DNA of 64,000 nt from Deltaproteobacteria bacterium (lineage in GTDB: Bacteria > Myxococcota_A > Polyangia > Polyangiales > Sandaracinaceae): positions 9,093-73,092 of the forward strand of contig JAFLCL010000003.1 of NCBI GenBank assembly GCA_017303575.1. Direction: 5' to 3'. The translations under genes were made by a program, and so were the position numbers. The notes beneath the pieces are model-generated. The model worked only from the letters and a program-made list of their open reading frames with translations. It was not told where the DNA came from and made no database searches. Shown here in pieces: positions 10,011 to 19,582 of this stretch (within the stretch, counting starts at the first letter, position 1; each line of letters begins with the position of its first letter).

Positions 10011-11002
10011 CGCGGGACCTCGACCGTCGTGGCGATGCGATCGATCACCTCTTCGGCCTTCATGCCGTCGAGCTCCACCTCGGGCGCGAGCACGAGGCGG
10101 TGACACACGACCTGATGGAGCACGCGCTTCACGTCGTCGGGCGTCACGAACGTGCGGCCATCGAGCGCCGCGGCCCAGCGCGAGGCCACGAGCAAGTGCA
10201 CACCCGCGCGTGGACCCGCGCCGAGCATCACGAGCGGTGAGGTGCGCGAGGCGCGACAGAGATCACGCACGTAGCCCCGCACGCGCGGCTCGATCGCGAC
10301 CTGACCTGCCAGCGGCCTCACAGCGTGCAGCGCCTCGCGGCTGATCACGGGCTGGATGCTCGTCACGTCGAGCGTGCCCACGCCGTGGCTCGTCTGCGCG
10401 AGGATGCGATCCTCCTCGTCGGCGCTCGGGTAGCCCACGCGGATCTTGAGGAGGAAACGATCGAGCTGCGCCTCGGGCAGCGGGTAGGTGCCCTCTTGCT
10501 CGACGGGGTTCTGCGTCGCGAACACCGTGAAGTCCTCGCCGAGCTCGTGGCGCTTTCCATCGATCGAGACCTGACGCTCCTGCATCGCCTCGAGCAGCGA
10601 GCTCTGCGTCTTGGCGGGCGCGCGGTTGATCTCGTCGGCGAGCATCAGCTCCGTGAAGATCGGGCCCTTGGTGAAGCTGAACGCCCCGGTCTTGAAGTCG
10701 AAAACGTTCGTGCCCACGACGTCGCTCGGCATCAGATCCGGCGTGAACTGCACGCGACGGAACGAGAGGCCGAGCGTGGCCGCCATCGCGCGCACCATCA
10801 GCGTCTTGGCCGTGCCTGGCACGCCCTCGAGCAGCACGTGGCCTTGCGCGAGCAGCGCCACGAGCATGCCCTCGAGCGCGTCCTCCTGGCCGACGACGAC
10901 CTTTCGGATCTCGCCGAGCATGCGCTCGCGGAGCGACGAGAGGGCACCGATCCCGGGAGGATCGATGTGGGCGGCGGTGTCGGACGTGGGCATCTCTTGC
11001 AT
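10007..11002 (-). CDS. MoxR-family AAA+ ATPase
   Basis: Walker [37 protein letters not shown] (AAA_3/MoxR signature). 331 aa from ATG 11002. Confidence 0.95.
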   Translation of the reverse strand: MQEMPTSDTAAHIDPPGIGALSSLRERMLGEIRKVVVGQEDALEGMLVALLAQGHVLLEGVPGTAKTLMVRAMAATLGLSFRRVQFTPDLMPSDVVGTNVFDFKTGAFSFTKGPIFTELMLADEINRAPAKTQSSLLEAMQERQVSIDGKRHELGEDFTVFATQNPVEQEGTYPLPEAQLDRFLLKIRVGYPSADEEDRILAQTSHGVGTLDVTSIQPVISREALHAVRPLAGQVAIEPRVRGYVRDLCRASRTSPLVMLGAGPRAGVHLLVASRWAAALDGRTFVTPDDVKRVLHQVVCHRLVLAPEVELDGMKAEEVIDRIATTVEVPR

Positions 11003-11033
11003 GGCGTGTGGGGCTCTGCGGTCGGGTGGTGGA

Positions 11034-12506
11034 TCAGGCGCCATCGGACACGGCGCGTCGTACGAGCTCGTCGAGCTCGCGCGTGGCGTGCGCGAGCGAC
11101 TCGGTCTTTCCGTCTTCGGCGAGCTTGGCGAGGTCGCGCACCGCATCCGCGGCGATCACGCGTCGGCGGTCGCGGAGCGCGGCCTCGAGCTTGCCCGGAT
11201 CGATCTCGTCGAGGTGGTGATGAGCGGCGATGCGCGCGTAGCCACGTCGGGCGAGGATCCGGAAGCTGCCGCGCGGGTCGCGCACCTTGGCGAAGAGCGC
11301 GCCGATCGCCGAGACGAAGCTCGCGGTGGTCACCGCCTCGACCTCGCGATCCTTGCGGGTCGCGCCGAAGCGCGTGCCCGATCGCACGAGCACGATCGCG
11401 AGCACGACGAGGAGATGGAACACGAGCGCGCCCGCGCCGCGCTGGAAGAGGTAGCGCATCGTCGAGCGCGCCTCGCCTGCGCCGAGGTGGTACTCGTCGA
11501 ACAGCACGGGGCCGCGGGCGTAGAGGCGCAGCAGTCGCACGAAGAGCGGCGCGCCCTCGGCGATCACGAGGTCGCGGTTCTGGAACGCGCTGCCGCTCGC
11601 GAGCACGATCAAGCGCCCCCGTCCGCGCGGCACCACCACAGCGACGGCCTTGCCCTCGATGCTCGCCAGCACCTCGTGCGGCACGTCGTCGGCGACGTCG
11701 ATCCAGCCCGGATGCCGCATGCCTGCCGGCGGCATGCCGCCGAGCGGGCCTTCGTCTGCGTGCGCCCACTCGCGCTCGACGGTGCTGTCCATGCCGAGCG
11801 TGCGCGACAGCGCGGAGACTGGGTCCTCGACGGGCTCGGGCTTGTCCCACTGGTTGCCGACCGCCGTGCCGTACTCGATCGCGACGCCCTCGGCGCCCGC
11901 ATCGTTCGTGGGATCGATCGGCCCCGCGTCGGGCGTGTCGTCGAGCGGCTCCGGCGCAGGCGTGGCGAGCCCCGCGTCTTCGTCGGGTCCTCCTCCGTCG
12001 CGCGTGCCGCCGTCGCGCGTGCCCTCGCGCTCGGCGCGTGCTCGCTCTCTCGCGCGTCGGTCAGCGCGGAGCACCATGCCGTAGAGGCCGTCGTCCTCGG
12101 TGCAGCGCGACTCGTCGAGCACCGTGAGGCGCACGCCGAAGTCGTCGTCCTCCAGCACCTCCGTGGCGCCAGCGACGATCCACGTGCCGCCCGCCTCGAT
12201 CCAGCGGCCCAGCGCCTCGCGCTCGGGGCGTGAGAGGGGACGAGGCTGCAGGTGATCGCAGCCGCCGAACGCGACGAGCGTCGCGGGCTGCGGCAGCTCC
12301 GCCACGTCCTCGTTCCAGCGTCGGGCCTCGAAGCCCGAGGCGCGCGTCAGCTCGAACACCGCGCGCGCACCTTCAGGGCCTGCGCCGTACGTGGAGTACG
12401 ACAGCGCGAAGCGGCCTCGATCCGACACCCGCCCGCACATCGCGAGCAGCGCGCCCAGCGCGAGCACGACGAGGATGGATGTCGAGACCTTCGCCGCCGC
12501 GCTCAC
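11034..12506 (-). CDS. DUF4350-like bitopic membrane protein
   Basis: GTG 12506 overlaps the upstream stop (GTGA). N-terminal signal anchor and a TM helix near the C-terminus ([16 protein letters not shown]). Position and architecture match the DUF4350 gene that precedes MoxR in DUF4129/DUF4350/MoxR/DUF58 clusters. Confidence 0.65.
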   Translation of the reverse strand: MSAAAKVSTSILVVLALGALLAMCGRVSDRGRFALSYSTYGAGPEGARAVFELTRASGFEARRWNEDVAELPQPATLVAFGGCDHLQPRPLSRPEREALGRWIEAGGTWIVAGATEVLEDDDFGVRLTVLDESRCTEDDGLYGMVLRADRRARERARAEREGTRDGGTRDGGGPDEDAGLATPAPEPLDDTPDAGPIDPTNDAGAEGVAIEYGTAVGNQWDKPEPVEDPVSALSRTLGMDSTVEREWAHADEGPLGGMPPAGMRHPGWIDVADDVPHEVLASIEGKAVAVVVPRGRGRLIVLASGSAFQNRDLVIAEGAPLFVRLLRLYARGPVLFDEYHLGAGEARSTMRYLFQRGAGALVFHLLVVLAIVLVRSGTRFGATRKDREVEAVTTASFVSAIGALFAKVRDPRGSFRILARRGYARIAAHHHLDEIDPGKLEAALRDRRRVIAADAVRDLAKLAEDGKTESLAHATRELDELVRRAVSDGA

Positions 12507-14218
12507 GCCTCGCCTCCCGGCTCGCGCGTGCCAGTGATCGGAGGAGGCGGCGGCAGGCTCGGGCGCGCGGCGTGGAGGATGCGCTCGGCGATCGCGCGGC
12601 TCTCGCGGTAGTCGCGCTCGATCGCCGGCTCCTCGCCGTAGACCTTCACGTCGAACGTGCGTGTGAGCGTACGGAAGTCTTCACGCGGCAGGCCCGAGGG
12701 CATCTGCCGGAGGTACTGCCAGTTCGTGAGCGAAGGCTCGAAGCGGATCCACGCGCGTCGATCGAGGGCCACCAGCGTCGCGAGGTAGAGCGCGCGCAGG
12801 GCCTCGCCCCAGCGCTGTGCGGCCGCCAGCGAGGCTGCGTCACCGAGCCAGTCGTCGGGCGATCGGTCGCGCGGATCGGGGATCGCATCCTTCGCGACGG
12901 CCACCGCGGAGACAGCCTCGGCATCGCGTCGTCGGGTGAGCACGAGGAAGATCGCGACACCGAGCGCGAAGAGCACGCCCAGCGCGATGAAGAACGCGGG
13001 CCCCGGCAGCGGCAGCGACGGAAGCGCTGGCCCCTGCGCGCCGTTGGTGTCGACCTCTTGATCGCCGAACTGCTCGATCAGCCACTCGAACAGGCGCCCG
13101 ATCAGATCCGAGAGCCCCTCGCGTCGACGCGCTTCGACGTCCTGGAAGATGTCGCCGGCGAGGATCGCGCGTGCTTGCTCGCGTGCGCGTGTGTCGTCTT
13201 CGGGGGCCGCGACCGAGAGGCTCGTCTCCTCTCGCTCCGTGGGCCCCTCGACCGAGGCCTCCTGCGCGCGAACGCTCCGCGCGCCGAGCGCGATGGAGAC
13301 CAGCAAGAGCACGCCGGCGACCTTCGAGAGGGTGCTCGCGGCGCTCGCCTTGCGCGTGGTGTGCGCGATCGCTTCGTCGAGCGCGGCTCGGAGATCGAGG
13401 CCCTCGGCGCGCACGCGTGCGTCGACGTAGACCTGCGCCGAGAGCGCCGCGCGCAGTGGCTCGAGCAGCGCCGCCGAGGTCACGCTCACGCCCAGCAGCA
13501 CGAAGGTGTTGCGGAACGAGAGGAACTCGTCGACGAGCGCCATCTCGAGGCCGAGGAACGAGCGGCCCACGAGCACGAAGAACGCGAAGATGCCGTAGAG
13601 GTTCGCGGCGATGCCGAAGAGCGCCGTGAGGAGAAAGCTCTCGACGAGCAGCGACTCGAGCCGCTGGTGCGTGGTGTCGCTCACCGCCAGCCCGAACGCG
13701 CGCACACCGGCTTCCGGCGCACACCCCGCCCGCGCGATCCACGAGGGCGCCACCAGCCCTCGGAACGCGAGCAGCGGCACGAAGAGCGCGATGCCGATCG
13801 GTCCGCCGCCCGCCGCCACCAAGAGGCCCCAGCTCCAGATCCAGAGGCCGAGACCGACGACGATCGAGGTGCGCCCCACGGAGAGGAAGCCGCCCGCGTC
13901 GGGCGCGATGGGCGCGCGCTCCGAGAGCGCCGTCACGTAGGCGCGCGACACGTTCGCCAGCGACCACGCGCGCACGACGAACGTCGCGACCAGCGCCGCC
14001 GCCGCCGGAAGCCGCAGCGCGCCGATGCCCTCCACGCGCTCCGCGTAGTAGTACGCGAGCACCGCGAGCGCAGGCAGCCCGCCGGCGAGCCACGCCCGCA
14101 GCGCGAGCTCGCCTCCGCCCTGACGCACCAGCACGAACGCGCGATCGATCCGCTCGAGCGGGCCCGCGGGCGCGAGGCTGCTCTTGACCACGATCCCCGC
14201 CTCCGTCGCCCCGCTCAC
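12503..14218 (-). CDS. polytopic membrane protein with C-terminal DUF4129-like domain
   Basis: GTG 14218 overlaps the upstream stop (GTGA). About 8 TM helices. C-terminal WGEALRALYLATLVALDRRAWIRFEPSLTNWQYL..FDVKVYGEE resembles DUF4129. Confidence 0.7.
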   Translation of the reverse strand: MSGATEAGIVVKSSLAPAGPLERIDRAFVLVRQGGGELALRAWLAGGLPALAVLAYYYAERVEGIGALRLPAAAALVATFVVRAWSLANVSRAYVTALSERAPIAPDAGGFLSVGRTSIVVGLGLWIWSWGLLVAAGGGPIGIALFVPLLAFRGLVAPSWIARAGCAPEAGVRAFGLAVSDTTHQRLESLLVESFLLTALFGIAANLYGIFAFFVLVGRSFLGLEMALVDEFLSFRNTFVLLGVSVTSAALLEPLRAALSAQVYVDARVRAEGLDLRAALDEAIAHTTRKASAASTLSKVAGVLLLVSIALGARSVRAQEASVEGPTEREETSLSVAAPEDDTRAREQARAILAGDIFQDVEARRREGLSDLIGRLFEWLIEQFGDQEVDTNGAQGPALPSLPLPGPAFFIALGVLFALGVAIFLVLTRRRDAEAVSAVAVAKDAIPDPRDRSPDDWLGDAASLAAAQRWGEALRALYLATLVALDRRAWIRFEPSLTNWQYLRQMPSGLPREDFRTLTRTFDVKVYGEEPAIERDYRESRAIAERILHAARPSLPPPPPITGTREPGGEA

Positions 14219-14502
14219 CAGATCGCTCCGAGCTCGATCATCGCCCACGAGAGAAGGGTGAGGAGGCCAGCGCCGAGGCCGAACCAGATCGAGGCCACGA
14301 TCGGCGAGCGGCTCTGGGCGCGTACGTCCTTGGCGCGCTTGGGGCCCGCGAGCGTCGCGAGGCACGAGACGCAGTAGTTGATGCCGTCGACCTTCGTCGT
14401 GCACTCGCCGCACACGCGCGTGCGACAGCGAACGCAGATGCCGATCGCCTCGCGGCGCGGATGGTTCACGCACACGGTCGCGCCCTGCGCGAGCGGCATC
14501 AC
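14215..14502 (-). CDS. B-box-like zinc-finger protein with C-terminal TM helix
   Basis: CVNHPRREAIGICVRCRTRVCGECTTKVDGINYCVSC provides 8 Cys/His ligands. TM helix IVASIWFGLGAGLLTLLSWAMI. GGAGG lies upstream of GTG 14502 / ATG 14499. Confidence 0.7.
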   Translation of the reverse strand: MMPLAQGATVCVNHPRREAIGICVRCRTRVCGECTTKVDGINYCVSCLATLAGPKRAKDVRAQSRSPIVASIWFGLGAGLLTLLSWAMIELGAIW

Positions 14503-14541
14503 GTGGCGCGCCTCCGGATCGACCTCACGGGGCCGTTTGTA

Positions 14542-16143
14542 TCAGGACGCGGCGTCGTCTGCTGCGGCGTCGGTGTGGTCTGCGTCGTCGGGCTCGGGGG
14601 CTGCGTCGGGTCCCGCTGTCGCGTCGTCCGTTCCCGATGTCGCGTCCGGGGCGCTCGCGTCCGTCCCCGCGTCGCGATCGAGGCTCGCGTCCATCCCCGC
14701 GTCGGCGCCCTCGTCGCCTCCTGCGTCGATGGACGCGTCGTTCACGCTCGCGTCCGCCACCGCCGCGTCGACCGACGCATCGGGGGTGGGCAATCGACCG
14801 CGTGGCACGAGGATGCGCACCGTCCTCGACGCGACGACGACACCGTCTCCGAAGATCTGGATCTCGATCGTGAAGCGCTGGTCGTAGTCGTGGGGCGCGA
14901 GGAAGTCGTTCGTGAGGATCGCGTCGAACACCACGGTCACGCCGCGCTCGACGTCGCGGAAGGTGTCGAGCACGCCGTCCATCGGTCGCTCGTCGGTGCG
15001 TCGCGGCGCCGTGCCGGGCGGCTCGATACGCGCTTCGACCGCCTCGATCACATCGACGAAGCCGAGGCGATCGTCGACCGCCTCGCCGTGCATCTCGCCG
15101 TAGCTGAGGCTGCGGAGCAGATCCGCGATGCCTTGCACGATCACGTCCGAGAGACCGCTGCCGTCCTCGGCGAGATCGAACACGAGCGGGCAGAGGCCGC
15201 CGACCGGCTCGCGCTCACCGCCGCGAAGACCGGTGCGACAGCGACCACCTTCGGGCGGCAGCGTGGCGTCCGTCGCGATCGCGAGCTCCTCGAGGTAGCT
15301 CCGCGCCTCCGCGCCCGACGCGATGCCGATGACTCGGAGGCGCGCCGCTCGCAGCGCATCGAGGGTCTCACTGCGGGAGTGCGCGGGCTCGCCGTACTCG
15401 CGCGCGTCGTGGCTCGGCGCGTCGGTCACGTGCAGCACGGCGCGCAGCGACCCGGGGCGCAGGCCGACGCCTGGCTCGTCGCCGCCGCCCATGCCCATGC
15501 GCGACGCCTCCCACGGCGGCACCAGCACCTCTTCGCCGTAGGTGATGCCCTCGCCCGTCGCGATCTGGAAGAGCGCCTCGTAGCCAGACTCCGCGAGATC
15601 ACCGCCGCTGCCGAGCGGCATGTCGAGCCGTGCGATGCCCGCGGCCACCCGCGTGAGATCGGTGGTGAGCGGGGTGATCAGCTCGAAGGGAACGTCGTCG
15701 CCGTCGCCGAACGAGCCGAACGGGAAGTCCTCGAAGTGCGTGACCGCGAACGCGAGCCGATCCGCGCGCCGATCCAGCGCAGGGATGATCGTGCCGATGA
15801 AGGAGCTCTGGAGCGCGTCGATCTCGCCCTCGAAGCTGCCCGTCGTGTCGACCGACAGCACGAGGTCGAGGTCCGACACGGCCGAGCCCACCTCGATGCG
15901 CACGCGCTCCGTCGCGCCGAACGGGAGCGTGATCTCGACGTCGACCGCGGGCAGCACCGGGTCGCCTGGGCGGGGCACGTAGCCATCGGGGTCGGGGCCT
16001 GCGTCTGTGCGACGTCGCGGCCCCGTGTCGGCGCCCATCGGCGGCGGGACTTCCGTGCACGACGACGCGACCGTGGCGAGCACGCCGGTGGCGGCGAGCA
16101 CCGCCAGCCGTTCCGTCCACACGACGCGGCGGGGCCGGCGCAT
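14542..16143 (-). CDS. vWA-domain lipoprotein with Asp/Ala-rich C-terminal tail
   Basis: ATG 16143. Signal peptide with lipobox VASSC. MIDAS-like VSVDTTGSF. Later DAPSHD and IGIASG strands fit a vWA fold. The last 75 aa or so are a DA(G/S)-rich low-complexity tail. Confidence 0.75.
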   Translation of the reverse strand: MRRPRRVVWTERLAVLAATGVLATVASSCTEVPPPMGADTGPRRRTDAGPDPDGYVPRPGDPVLPAVDVEITLPFGATERVRIEVGSAVSDLDLVLSVDTTGSFEGEIDALQSSFIGTIIPALDRRADRLAFAVTHFEDFPFGSFGDGDDVPFELITPLTTDLTRVAAGIARLDMPLGSGGDLAESGYEALFQIATGEGITYGEEVLVPPWEASRMGMGGGDEPGVGLRPGSLRAVLHVTDAPSHDAREYGEPAHSRSETLDALRAARLRVIGIASGAEARSYLEELAIATDATLPPEGGRCRTGLRGGEREPVGGLCPLVFDLAEDGSGLSDVIVQGIADLLRSLSYGEMHGEAVDDRLGFVDVIEAVEARIEPPGTAPRRTDERPMDGVLDTFRDVERGVTVVFDAILTNDFLAPHDYDQRFTIEIQIFGDGVVVASRTVRILVPRGRLPTPDASVDAAVADASVNDASIDAGGDEGADAGMDASLDRDAGTDASAPDATSGTDDATAGPDAAPEPDDADHTDAAADDAAS

Positions 16144-16360
16144 GGCTCGATGCTGCCTCAACCCGATGCGCACGACCATCCCAAGGTCGGCATGGGCCCC
16201 GGGGTCCCCTTGTCCAGTCCACCACGTCGTTGACACTCGACAGCGGGACCGACCATCCTTCGACCTCGTCGTCGCTTGGCCGTCCGCTGCTCGGTTTCGA
16301 CTGCTCGGTTGTCTTTCTGGCGCTGCCGTCCACTCACCCCATCGAGAGCCCGTGGCAGGA

Positions 16361-18217
16361 ATGTTCAAGCTCCTGATCGCCGATGACGAAGGCAAGACGA
16401 CCGTCGTGCCGCTCGTGCGCGACGAGGTGACGATCGGCCGCAAGGAAGGGAACACGATCCGGCTCACCGAGCGGAACGTGTCGCGCAAGCACGCGAAGCT
16501 GCGGCGCGCGAACGGCGCGTTCTTCGTCTCCGACCTGAAGTCGTTCAACGGCGTGCGCGTGAACGGCCGCCGCATCGACGGCGAGACCGAGCTCAAGTCC
16601 GGCGATCAGATCGTGATCGGCGACTACCAGCTCGCGCTGCAGTTCGAGGGCACCGAGCAGATCGACACCGGCGCGCTCCACGCCGCGATGGTCAACACCG
16701 GTCCGACGACAGCGCCGACCCTCGCGCCCGCCGAGAACGAAGGTCCGACCGCCGTCGTCTCCGCGCCGCCGCCGTCCATCGAGCCCGGCCCGCCCGCGCG
16801 CCTCGTGATGGTCTCGCCGCCCTCGCCGGGCGCCGAGTTCGCGCTCAGCCGTCCGCGCCTACGCATCGGTCGCGCGGAGGATCTCGAGATCTGGGTGAAC
16901 CACCGCTCCATCTCGCGCGAGCACGCGGAGCTCGCGGTGGAGAACGGCGGCGTCTACATCCGCGACCTCGCGAGCGCGAACGGCGTGCGGGTGAACGGTG
17001 TCGACACGAAGCAGGGCCCGGTGAAGCCGGGTGATGTGATCGAGCTCGGTCAGGTCCGCTTCCGCATGGTGGGCGCGGGCGAGCACTTCCACTTCGATGC
17101 GGAGCGCACGATCCAGATGGACGCGCTCCCGAGCGTCGTCCCCACCAACCGCATGCCGATCTTCGTCGCGATCGGCATCGTCGGTGTGGCGCTGGTGATC
17201 GGTGTCGGTGTCGCGCTCTCGGGCGGCGGCCCCGAGGAGCCGCGCGTCACCCAGATCGAAGGCGCGACGACGATCGCCACGGCGGGCGGCATCTCTGGCG
17301 CGGGCGCCATCACGCCGGTCGCCACGTCCCCCGTCCCCGCGCTGCCCGCGGGCCCTGCGCTCGACGCACAGATCGCCGCGGCCGTGAGCGCCTGTCAGAT
17401 CTCGCTGAGCTCCGGCAACTTCGCGAACGCCATCGCGCGCGCGAACGAGGCGCTCGCGCTCCGTCCCGCCGACCCGCAGGCGACGGAGTGTCTGCAGTCC
17501 GCGACCCGCGCCGAGGCCGAGGACGGCGTGTTCCTCGCGGGGCAGGGTGCCCTGCGACAGAACGACTTCGCGCGCGCTGTCGAGACGTTCCGCCAGCTGC
17601 CGGAAGGCAGCCCGTACCTCAACCGACCCGAGGTCGCGGAGGCCTCCCAGGCCCGCGCGCGCGAGCTGATCGCGCAGGCCCGCGTGGCCACCGATCCCGT
17701 GGTGGCTGCGGGACTGGCGCAGCAGATCCTCCAGCTCTCCGACGTCGATCGCGCCATCGTGCGCGAGGCCGAGACCATCTCTCGCCGCGCCTCCGCTCCC
17801 ACCGTCGTGGCCTCCGTGCGTCCTCCGACGGGCGGCGGCGCTGGTGGTGGCCGTCATCCGTTGCGCGCCGTGCCCGAGCGCGGAACGCAAGGCGGAGCGC
17901 AGAGCAGCGGGGGAACGCAGGCGAGCGGCGGTACGCACACGACGCAGGCCGCGACGGTGCAGGCGTCCTCCACGAGCGTCGACGACGAAGCCCGCATCTG
18001 CCTCGGCAACGGCGACAACGCCTGCGTCATCCGCCTCCTCGGCAACGGCCGCGCTCGCACCGCGCGTCAGCTCGCGCTCCTCGCGCAGGCGCAGCGCGCG
18101 CTCACCGGCGTGCCGAGCTCGTGCCCGACCATCTCACGCCTCATCGATCAGTTCCCCTCGAGCCCCGAGGCCGCGCGCTATCGCCCCGTCCACGTCGCCC
18201 AGTGCCAGGGTCGCTGA
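16361..18217 (+). CDS. double FHA-domain membrane protein with TPR-like C-terminal region
   Basis: FHA 1: TIGRKEGNTIRLTERNVSRKHAKL..NGVRVNG. FHA 2: LRIGRAEDLEIWVNHRSISREHAEL..NGVRVNG. One TM helix (MPIFVAIGIVGVALVIGVGVAL). Helical repeat region after it. Confidence 0.85.
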   Translation: MFKLLIADDEGKTTVVPLVRDEVTIGRKEGNTIRLTERNVSRKHAKLRRANGAFFVSDLKSFNGVRVNGRRIDGETELKSGDQIVIGDYQLALQFEGTEQIDTGALHAAMVNTGPTTAPTLAPAENEGPTAVVSAPPPSIEPGPPARLVMVSPPSPGAEFALSRPRLRIGRAEDLEIWVNHRSISREHAELAVENGGVYIRDLASANGVRVNGVDTKQGPVKPGDVIELGQVRFRMVGAGEHFHFDAERTIQMDALPSVVPTNRMPIFVAIGIVGVALVIGVGVALSGGGPEEPRVTQIEGATTIATAGGISGAGAITPVATSPVPALPAGPALDAQIAAAVSACQISLSSGNFANAIARANEALALRPADPQATECLQSATRAEAEDGVFLAGQGALRQNDFARAVETFRQLPEGSPYLNRPEVAEASQARARELIAQARVATDPVVAAGLAQQILQLSDVDRAIVREAETISRRASAPTVVASVRPPTGGGAGGGRHPLRAVPERGTQGGAQSSGGTQASGGTHTTQAATVQASSTSVDDEARICLGNGDNACVIRLLGNGRARTARQLALLAQAQRALTGVPSSCPTISRLIDQFPSSPEAARYRPVHVAQCQGR

Positions 18218-18330
18218 GCGCGACGTCCTGATCGACGGCCTCTCCCACGAGGCAGCAAATATGCGCGCGCCTCGCGCGTCGAACGCCACGCCGCGTGGAG
18301 CTCCGGTTCCGTCGCGTCGCTCTGCACTGT

Positions 18331-19470
18331 ATGCTTCGCGCCAACGGAGGCTCCGTGTCTGCATCGCATCCTGAGAGTCGCAATTCACACCGCGGTCGTC
18401 GTCATGGGAGCTGGCTGCTCACCGCCGTCGTCGCGAGCAGCCTGATCAGCCTCGTCATCGCCGCGCTCGCGCCGGACGCGGAGGCCCAACGTGGTCGCCG
18501 TGGTGCGCAGCGTCGGCGCGGCGCGACAGCAGCCGCGGCGCCGCAGGAAGCCCCCGAGAGCGCCGCGATCGCGCCCGCGCTCGAAGAGGCGGGCATCCGC
18601 TGGGGCCTCAGCCCGCGCGAGTCCTTCGATCACTTCACCAAGCAGCTCCAGGAGCGCTACCGCCCGCGCATCGCCAAGGCCCCCGGCGCGATCGAAGAGG
18701 ATCGCCTGCGCAACGAGATGAGCGCCGAGCAGCAGCGCATGCGCCGCACGTTCACGCGGTTCACGGGTCAGGCGACGGGCTGGGACTCGTCGTTCCTCCG
18801 CGACGAGTACACGCACGGCAACAACGAGGCGATGCTCATCGTCCGCGAGGAAGAGTTCCACGCGACGAGCCACTACTTCTTCATCAACGAGCGCCTCTGG
18901 AAGCGCTACCAGGCGTTCGACGCGAGCGCGTTCGGTGGCGCGACGTTCGAGCAGTTCGCGGCCGCGATCCAGCGCCGCTTCGGTCAGGGCGTGGAGCGCA
19001 CCGGCGCGCTCGTCGAAGGGCGTCCGCCCACACGCTGGATCGAGTGGCAGGACGGCACGACGCGCCTGCGCGCGATCGATCAGACGCGCTTCTACGGCTT
19101 CTTCTGTCTCGTGTTCGAGGACAAGGCGACGCTCGCCCAGTTGCCCAGCCTCCGCACGCACACCGTGACGCGACAGCAGGGTGGCTCGGCGCTCGTCGAC
19201 TCCGTGATCCGTGACGACAGCGAGGCCTCGACCGCAGGCGGCACTGGCGGCGGCGATGCGCACGCCGACATCGCGGACCGCCTCACGGGTCAGATCCGTC
19301 GTCGCGCCGATGCGCCGGGCGCCGCAGGGTCCACGGGTACCACCGGGTCCACGGGATCGAGCGGCAGCGGCTCGAGCGGCAGCTCCGGATCGTCCGGCTC
19401 GAGCGGCAGCAGCGGGTCGCGCTCGGGTCCCAACCCCGAAGACGATCCCTTCGCAGGCATGGACCTCTGA
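18331..19470 (+). CDS. hypothetical secreted or membrane-anchored protein with Gly/Ser-rich tail
   Basis: ATG 18331. Hydrophobic N-terminal helix WLLTAVVASSLISLVIAAL. Good GC3. C-terminal (GS)n tract. No family recognised. Confidence 0.55.
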   Translation: MLRANGGSVSASHPESRNSHRGRRHGSWLLTAVVASSLISLVIAALAPDAEAQRGRRGAQRRRGATAAAAPQEAPESAAIAPALEEAGIRWGLSPRESFDHFTKQLQERYRPRIAKAPGAIEEDRLRNEMSAEQQRMRRTFTRFTGQATGWDSSFLRDEYTHGNNEAMLIVREEEFHATSHYFFINERLWKRYQAFDASAFGGATFEQFAAAIQRRFGQGVERTGALVEGRPPTRWIEWQDGTTRLRAIDQTRFYGFFCLVFEDKATLAQLPSLRTHTVTRQQGGSALVDSVIRDDSEASTAGGTGGGDAHADIADRLTGQIRRRADAPGAAGSTGTTGSTGSSGSGSSGSSGSSGSSGSSGSRSGPNPEDDPFAGMDL

Positions 19471-19475
19471 GTCGT

Positions 19476-19495
19476 GGAGGGTCACGCGACCCTCC
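19476..19495 (+). terminator. GC-rich hairpin
   Basis: GGAGGGTC-acgc-GACCCTCC, 6 nt after the stop at 19470. Confidence 0.45.
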
Positions 19496-19507
19496 GTCAC
19501 CGCCTGT

Positions 19508-19547
19508 AGAGCGCGTTCGTTCTCGTCCGACGAGAGCAACGCGCTCT
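19508..19547 (+). promoter_or_regulatory. 40-nt extended hairpin between terminator and next FHA gene
   Basis: AGAGCGCGTT..TCTCGTC-c-GACGAGA..AACGCGCTCT: a 10-bp outer stem plus a 7-bp inner stem. Confidence 0.35.
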
Positions 19548-19582
19548 ATCCAATTCGACGCTCACTCGCTTATGCTCGCGAC

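Noticed and set aside
10011-10106. ATG 10106 as the DUF58 start (ORF-track start)
   Set aside because: It would overlap the last 100 nt of moxR and add an Arg-rich, non-conserved-looking N-terminus. TTG 10010 gives a 4-nt overlap like the other junctions of this operon. I cannot fully exclude ATG 10106 without ortholog alignment.
16230-16235. Sigma-70 promoter for the double-FHA gene
   Set aside because: A perfect TTGACA is present, but the sequence 17 nt downstream (CCATCC) is not a credible -10 element. I mention it in a finding but do not call it as a feature.
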